A stretch of DNA of 64,000 bases from Eledone cirrhosa (Eukaryota). Below the pieces are notes generated by a model. The model saw only the letters and a list, made by a program, of their open reading frames with translations, was not told the origin of the DNA and made no database searches. Below are positions 58,405 through 64,000 of this stretch, in pieces. A program made the translations under genes and the position numbers. Position 1 is the stretch's first letter, and each line of letters opens with the position of its first letter. The DNA lies in assembly GCA_964016885.1 (NCBI GenBank), contig OZ024759.1, positions 30,256,001 to 30,320,000 on the forward strand. The letters run 5' to 3'.

Positions 58405-58920
58405 AGGGTGGTGGATTGGCAGTATCGGTAGAGCGTCGGACAACATGCATCGTGGCATTGAATTACAGGCACTTTACGTTCCGAGTTCAAATCCCGTCGA
58501 GGTTAGCTTTGTCTTTCATCCTTACGGGGAGGTCGATAGAATAAAGTACCAGTAATGCACTGGTGTAATTGCTGGCCTTGTGCCAAAAGTAGAAACAATT
58601 ATTCTTTACTGTCGCTACCATCATCATCATTATCCTCACCGTCACCTCTGTCACCATCATTATCATCATCACTGTCATTATTTTTTTTATAATGATGACA
58701 GTGATGATGATAATGATGGTGACAGAGGGCGGTGGATTGGCAGTATCGGTAGAGGGCCGGACGCCATGCTTTGACGTATAGAGTTACGGCCCCTGCCATT
58801 CTGAGTTCAAATCCCGCCGAGGTTAACTTTGACTTTCATCCTTACAGGGGTCGATAAAATAAAGTACCAGTAATGTACTGGGTAATTTGCTGGCCTTGTG
58901 CCTAAAGTAGAAACAATTAT
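58405..58920 (+). mobile_element. Two full-length tRNA-SINEs (58405-58600, 58727-58920)
   Basis: ggcggtggattggcagtatcggtagag...gagttcaaatccc...tail agtagaaacaattatt. Confidence 0.88.
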
Positions 58921-59143
58921 TTTTTTTATAATCACAGCATGCTATCATCATCATCATCGCTGCTGTCATCAATATTATCATCATCATCGTCGTTATCATC
59001 ACCGCCGCTGACATCGCTATCATCATCATCATCATCATCATCATCGATGTCATCACCATTGCCATTATCATCACCGCCGTCGTAGCTATCGTCATCAGCA
59101 TCATCATCGCTATCATCATCTTATTTCTGTTTACCTTTTACAT

Positions 59144-59701
<558 letters not shown>

Positions 59702-59918
59702 TTCTCTGAAATAGCGATGTATACATGAATGTATGTATACTATGCATATATATATATAGTATTAAGGATACTATTTATGGTTATGCATATATAAAAACCT
59801 TTTGTAGTTATATATATTTTTACAAACCCTAAATAGTGATAGGCAGTAATATATTACTACCTTATTACCAGTAAGATAAATAGCTCAATGTAATAACATC
59901 AGTTGTTTTACAGAGCAG

Positions 59919-59955
<37 letters not shown>

Positions 59956-60417
59956 AACAAAAGATGGTTAAAGGAGTTCCATGTATTTTATTATGCGCAT
60001 TTCAAAAACAAATATCATCATGCAATAATATTTGTGTTTTCATCAGATAAAACAGGAGGACATGATATGAAGGCCAAAAAACACTTGTGGATAGTTCAGT
60101 TTTTACATATATATATACGCATACACAAAGACCATATATACATATTTCGTACTTCCTGCACACCTAGGTATATTAATACAGTCGTTTATTTTCCTCTAAT
60201 GTATGCCTCTTCACACCTATTGCCTGGTCTTATAATTATTCCGCCGTTCCTATGTCTGTATAGTTGATCTCACACAACAGAAATGAACACAGCTGGGAAA
60301 TATGTACGGTACAACCAACCTATTCTTACTTATCAATGGCACCAACACCATTATACTTGCAAGTGATCAGCTATGAATACAAATTAGAATACAAATTAGA
60401 ACATTTCTTTAAAATTT

Positions 60418-60483
<66 letters not shown>

Positions 60484-60778
60484 CGCCTCTCTCTGTCTTC
60501 ATATCGCTCGGTCTTTTCGTCTCTCTCTCTCCGTTTAAATTTAACACAGCACTGTCGTTAGTAACGTTGGTTGGAATATTCCATCGTATTCATTCCCGGT
60601 CTCTATTTGTTCCATAAGTTGAAATCCCACCGAGGTTGTCGTTGCTTTTCCAAGTAGACTCTAGGAGAACGTCTAGCACGTCGGAGAACGCTCTTCAACA
60701 TTGCTTGCCGAAGCATATATCATTATGATAGTAAAAATTGTGATTGCCTCCGTTGTATATATATATATATATATATAT

Positions 60779-60968
60779 AGGAACCAGTAAGACCCCGACA
60801 GCTGAGCTCAAGCCGTTTCGACGGCTAATTCTGTCCAGAATTAGCCGTCGAAACGGCTTGAGCTCAGCTGCCGGGGTCTTACTGGTTCCTATTACCCACT
60901 CTACTACCTCAAGTATTGAGTACTTTGGTGCGTTATGGTCCACCTGGTTCCTTACCACATTTCCTTCG

Positions 60969-61032
<64 letters not shown>

Positions 61033-61143
61033 AGGAATTGTGGTAAGGAACCAAATGGACCATAACGCACCAGAGTACTCAATACTGAGTCCAGAAATAG
61101 CCGTCGAAACGGCTTCGGCTCTGCTGTCGGGGTCATACTTTTT

Positions 61144-61200
<57 letters not shown>

Positions 61201-61372
61201 GTTTATCCCGGGTTCAATCGTGGGTAACCACGGTAAGTAAGGTACTCAATACAAAGCATAATATACATATCTGATATAGAAAAGGCTTCTACAGGACTAG
61301 AACTGTTTCATCAGGATGATTTCTCCTGAATGAAACAGTACTAGCACTGTAGAAGCTTTTTCTACATCAAAT
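60779..61372. mobile_element. Cluster of two family B copies and one family C copy separated by (TA)n
   Basis: 60779-60970 (B, +), 61030-61146 (B), 61199-61372 (C). Confidence 0.8.
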
Positions 61373-61437
61373 ATATATAGAGAGAGATTTTCCGTTTCGT
61401 TTCGCATTTTCCACCAGCCGAAATACGATTCTCGCTG

Positions 61438-61504
<67 letters not shown>

Positions 61505-61507
<3 letters not shown>

Positions 61508-61982
61508 ACTTAGAGTTTACACTCAATGGGGTCATTTACAATTATTTCAGCTCTAAGAATCGCTTCTGAGCAGAATAAATTAATATTTGATAAACATTTA
61601 CATGTTTTAGTTGCAATTGACTAATAAAATCGTTAGAATGAAATATCTTAATTCAAATACATATAGTTTGCCTGTACGATCTAAAAATAATAAATCAATA
61701 CTCACAAACCCATATGGGCAAAAGGCCTTGGTACCTAGACACGTTTAAATTTCAAAATACAAACTTTTTCCGCAGATCGGTCAGAACTTCAAACTTTAAA
61801 CATGTTTCCCAAAGGATGGTATAATAGTGAAATAATTAATTAATTATTAGTGAGTTAATTAATTTTCTGTGTTTATCAATAGATCGTACAGGCAAACTAT
61901 ATGTATTTGAATTAAGAAATTTCATTCTAACGATTTTATTAGTCAATTGCAACTAAAACATGTAAATGTTTATCAAATATTA

Positions 61983-61986
<4 letters not shown>
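61505..61986. mobile_element. Fold-back element J in (TA)n (arms about 61577-61682 and 61880-61986); no clear HHR
   Basis: ~105-bp near-perfect inverted arms; tail reverse complement tgctc...tagagct. Confidence 0.75.
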
Positions 61987-62043
<57 letters not shown>

Positions 62044-62309
62044 CGCAATAACAACAACTACAGCAGCAGCAGCAACAACAACAACAATGCCTAGGTTAAA
62101 GCAGTTTGGAGAGAAGTAATAATTTCTATATCCCCGCTGGAATAACGAATAAAATGAGCAGGAAAGAAATTTGAACATGGAAAGGAACAGGACTATAAAT
62201 AATGTTATTTACTCAAAAGTCCTTTAGCGATTGATGTAAATAAACCTTTCTGAAATTGAAAATTTTGTCAACAGATATATTTTCACTTGTTTATTATTTT
62301 ACTAGTTTA

Positions 62310-63220
62310 AGGCTATGGAGCGGTAGAATCGATTGAGCATCGGAGAACATGTGTTGCGGTATATAGTTACGGTCCTTACGGGGTCGATAAAATAAAGTAC
62401 CAGTAATACACTGGGGTATATTTGCTTGAATTTCTCCTCCGCCAAAATTGCTTGCCTAAATCAGAAACCATCATTATTAAAAATAGAGTACCAGTAATAC
62501 ACTGGGATAATTGATGGCCTTGTGCCTAAATAAGAAACCATTATTAGTATTTTGTTGTTGTTGTAGGGTGGTGGATTGGCAGTATCGGTAGAGAGACGGA
62601 CGCCATGCTTTGCAGCATAGAGTTATGGCCCTTTATGATCTGAGTTCAAATCCCGCCCAGGTTAGCTTTGCTTTTCATCCTTAAGGGGTCGATAAAATAA
62701 AGTACCAGTCACGCAATGGGGTCGATTTAATCTACTTACCCTCCCACAAAATCAGAAACCAATATTTTACTGGTTTAGGCCTGTGGAGTAGCAGAATCGG
62801 TTGAGCATCTAAGAACATGTGTTGCGGTATATAATTATGGTATATAGTTGAGTTGAAATGCCGCTGTGATAAGCTTTAGCTTTAGCTTAAATAAAGTACC
62901 AGTCACGCACTGGAGTCGATTTAATCGATTTTCCCCTCCCCAAAAATTGCTGGCCTTGTGTCTAAAGAATTTATGGTCTGAGTTCAAATCCCGCCGAGGT
63001 CAGCTTTGCCTTTCATCCTTAAGGGGTCGATAAAATAAAGTACCAGTAATACACTGGGTAATTGCTGGCCTTGTGCCAAAAGTAGAAACAATCATTGTTG
63101 TTGTTAGTGTGGTGTATAAACAAAATAGAACTGAGTTCAAACCCCCCCCCCCCCACCCAGGTTGGCTTTCATCTACCTTTGGAACAAGGTCAGCATTAAC
63201 CCAGTGCATTACTGGTACTA
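62310..63220 (+). mobile_element. Dense head-to-tail tRNA-SINE cluster (about six full or partial copies)
   Basis: Repeated heads and aaataaagtaccagt cores. Confidence 0.85.
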
Positions 63221-63331
63221 TATTTTAATGTGTCTGTATACGTACATATCTACATAGAAACAAGGGCATTGGTTTTGAAATTTGAAATGTTCGCGTGTGG
63301 GTGCACTCACAGATAAATAACTATACATACA

Positions 63332-63362
<31 letters not shown>

Positions 63363-63524
63363 GAAGGATTTTAATGGATACAGTTTAGTTAAAAGGAATT
63401 TATTGACACGTGTTTCTATAACAGTTACATGACCTGAAAACAGCTGCTATCTACAAAGTATTAGTTATGCAGACATTCAATATTTCAATGTTATTATCAA
63501 CTGTCATCAACACTACGGAAAATA

Positions 63525-63576
<52 letters not shown>

Positions 63577-63634
63577 TGGTATTTATATATACATGCAGAA
63601 GTGTGTCAATTTGTTAATATATACATATACATAC

Positions 63635-63725
<91 letters not shown>

Positions 63726-64000
63726 GTGTTATAGTTGTTTTTCAATATTCAGATATATAGCACATGAAAATTAATTTATTTAGAGGCGTAATTAAAATGA
63801 TTAATTAAAAGCTGCTCAAATATATTCATGTATCTCATTAATAGACGAAATAGAAAAGCTGTTGGTAATGACACTAAAGTATGTTATTGCTGACATATGG
63901 AATATAGCAAAGCGGTGGTGATTAGCCTCCGTCGGCTACGACGACGAGTGTTCCAGTTGTTGCGATGAAAGGAAAGGGGGATATTGACAATAATGTTAAC

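Overview
AT-rich, microsatellite-saturated eukaryotic DNA with one 200-N gap (25637-25836). The SINE repertoire and the (TA)n/(CA)n/(GA)n density suggest a cephalopod or octopus-like genome (inference). No host gene can be called confidently, and nearly all listed ORFs are translated microsatellites. Real coding remnants are all retroelement-derived: a 5'-truncated Penelope-like element (PLE) with an open GIY-YIG endonuclease frame (6282-7046), a decayed L1/Tx1 LINE 3' end (36493-38021), RTE C-termini, and a CRE-type restriction-like endonuclease end. There is also a U6 pseudogene, about 20 tRNA-SINE copies, a near-identical ~5 kb duplication across the gap, and a compound (ACT)n tandem array. 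The main signal is about ten sequence-unrelated short elements inserted in (TA)n tracts. They share type I hammerhead ribozyme (HHR) cores (about 16 intact, most with a minimal stem III and palindromic loop), fold-back structure, and a 3' (A/G)CTC...GAG(T/C) hairpin. The same HHR and tail also end the GIY-YIG PLE. All structure calls were read by eye and need computational and biochemical confirmation.
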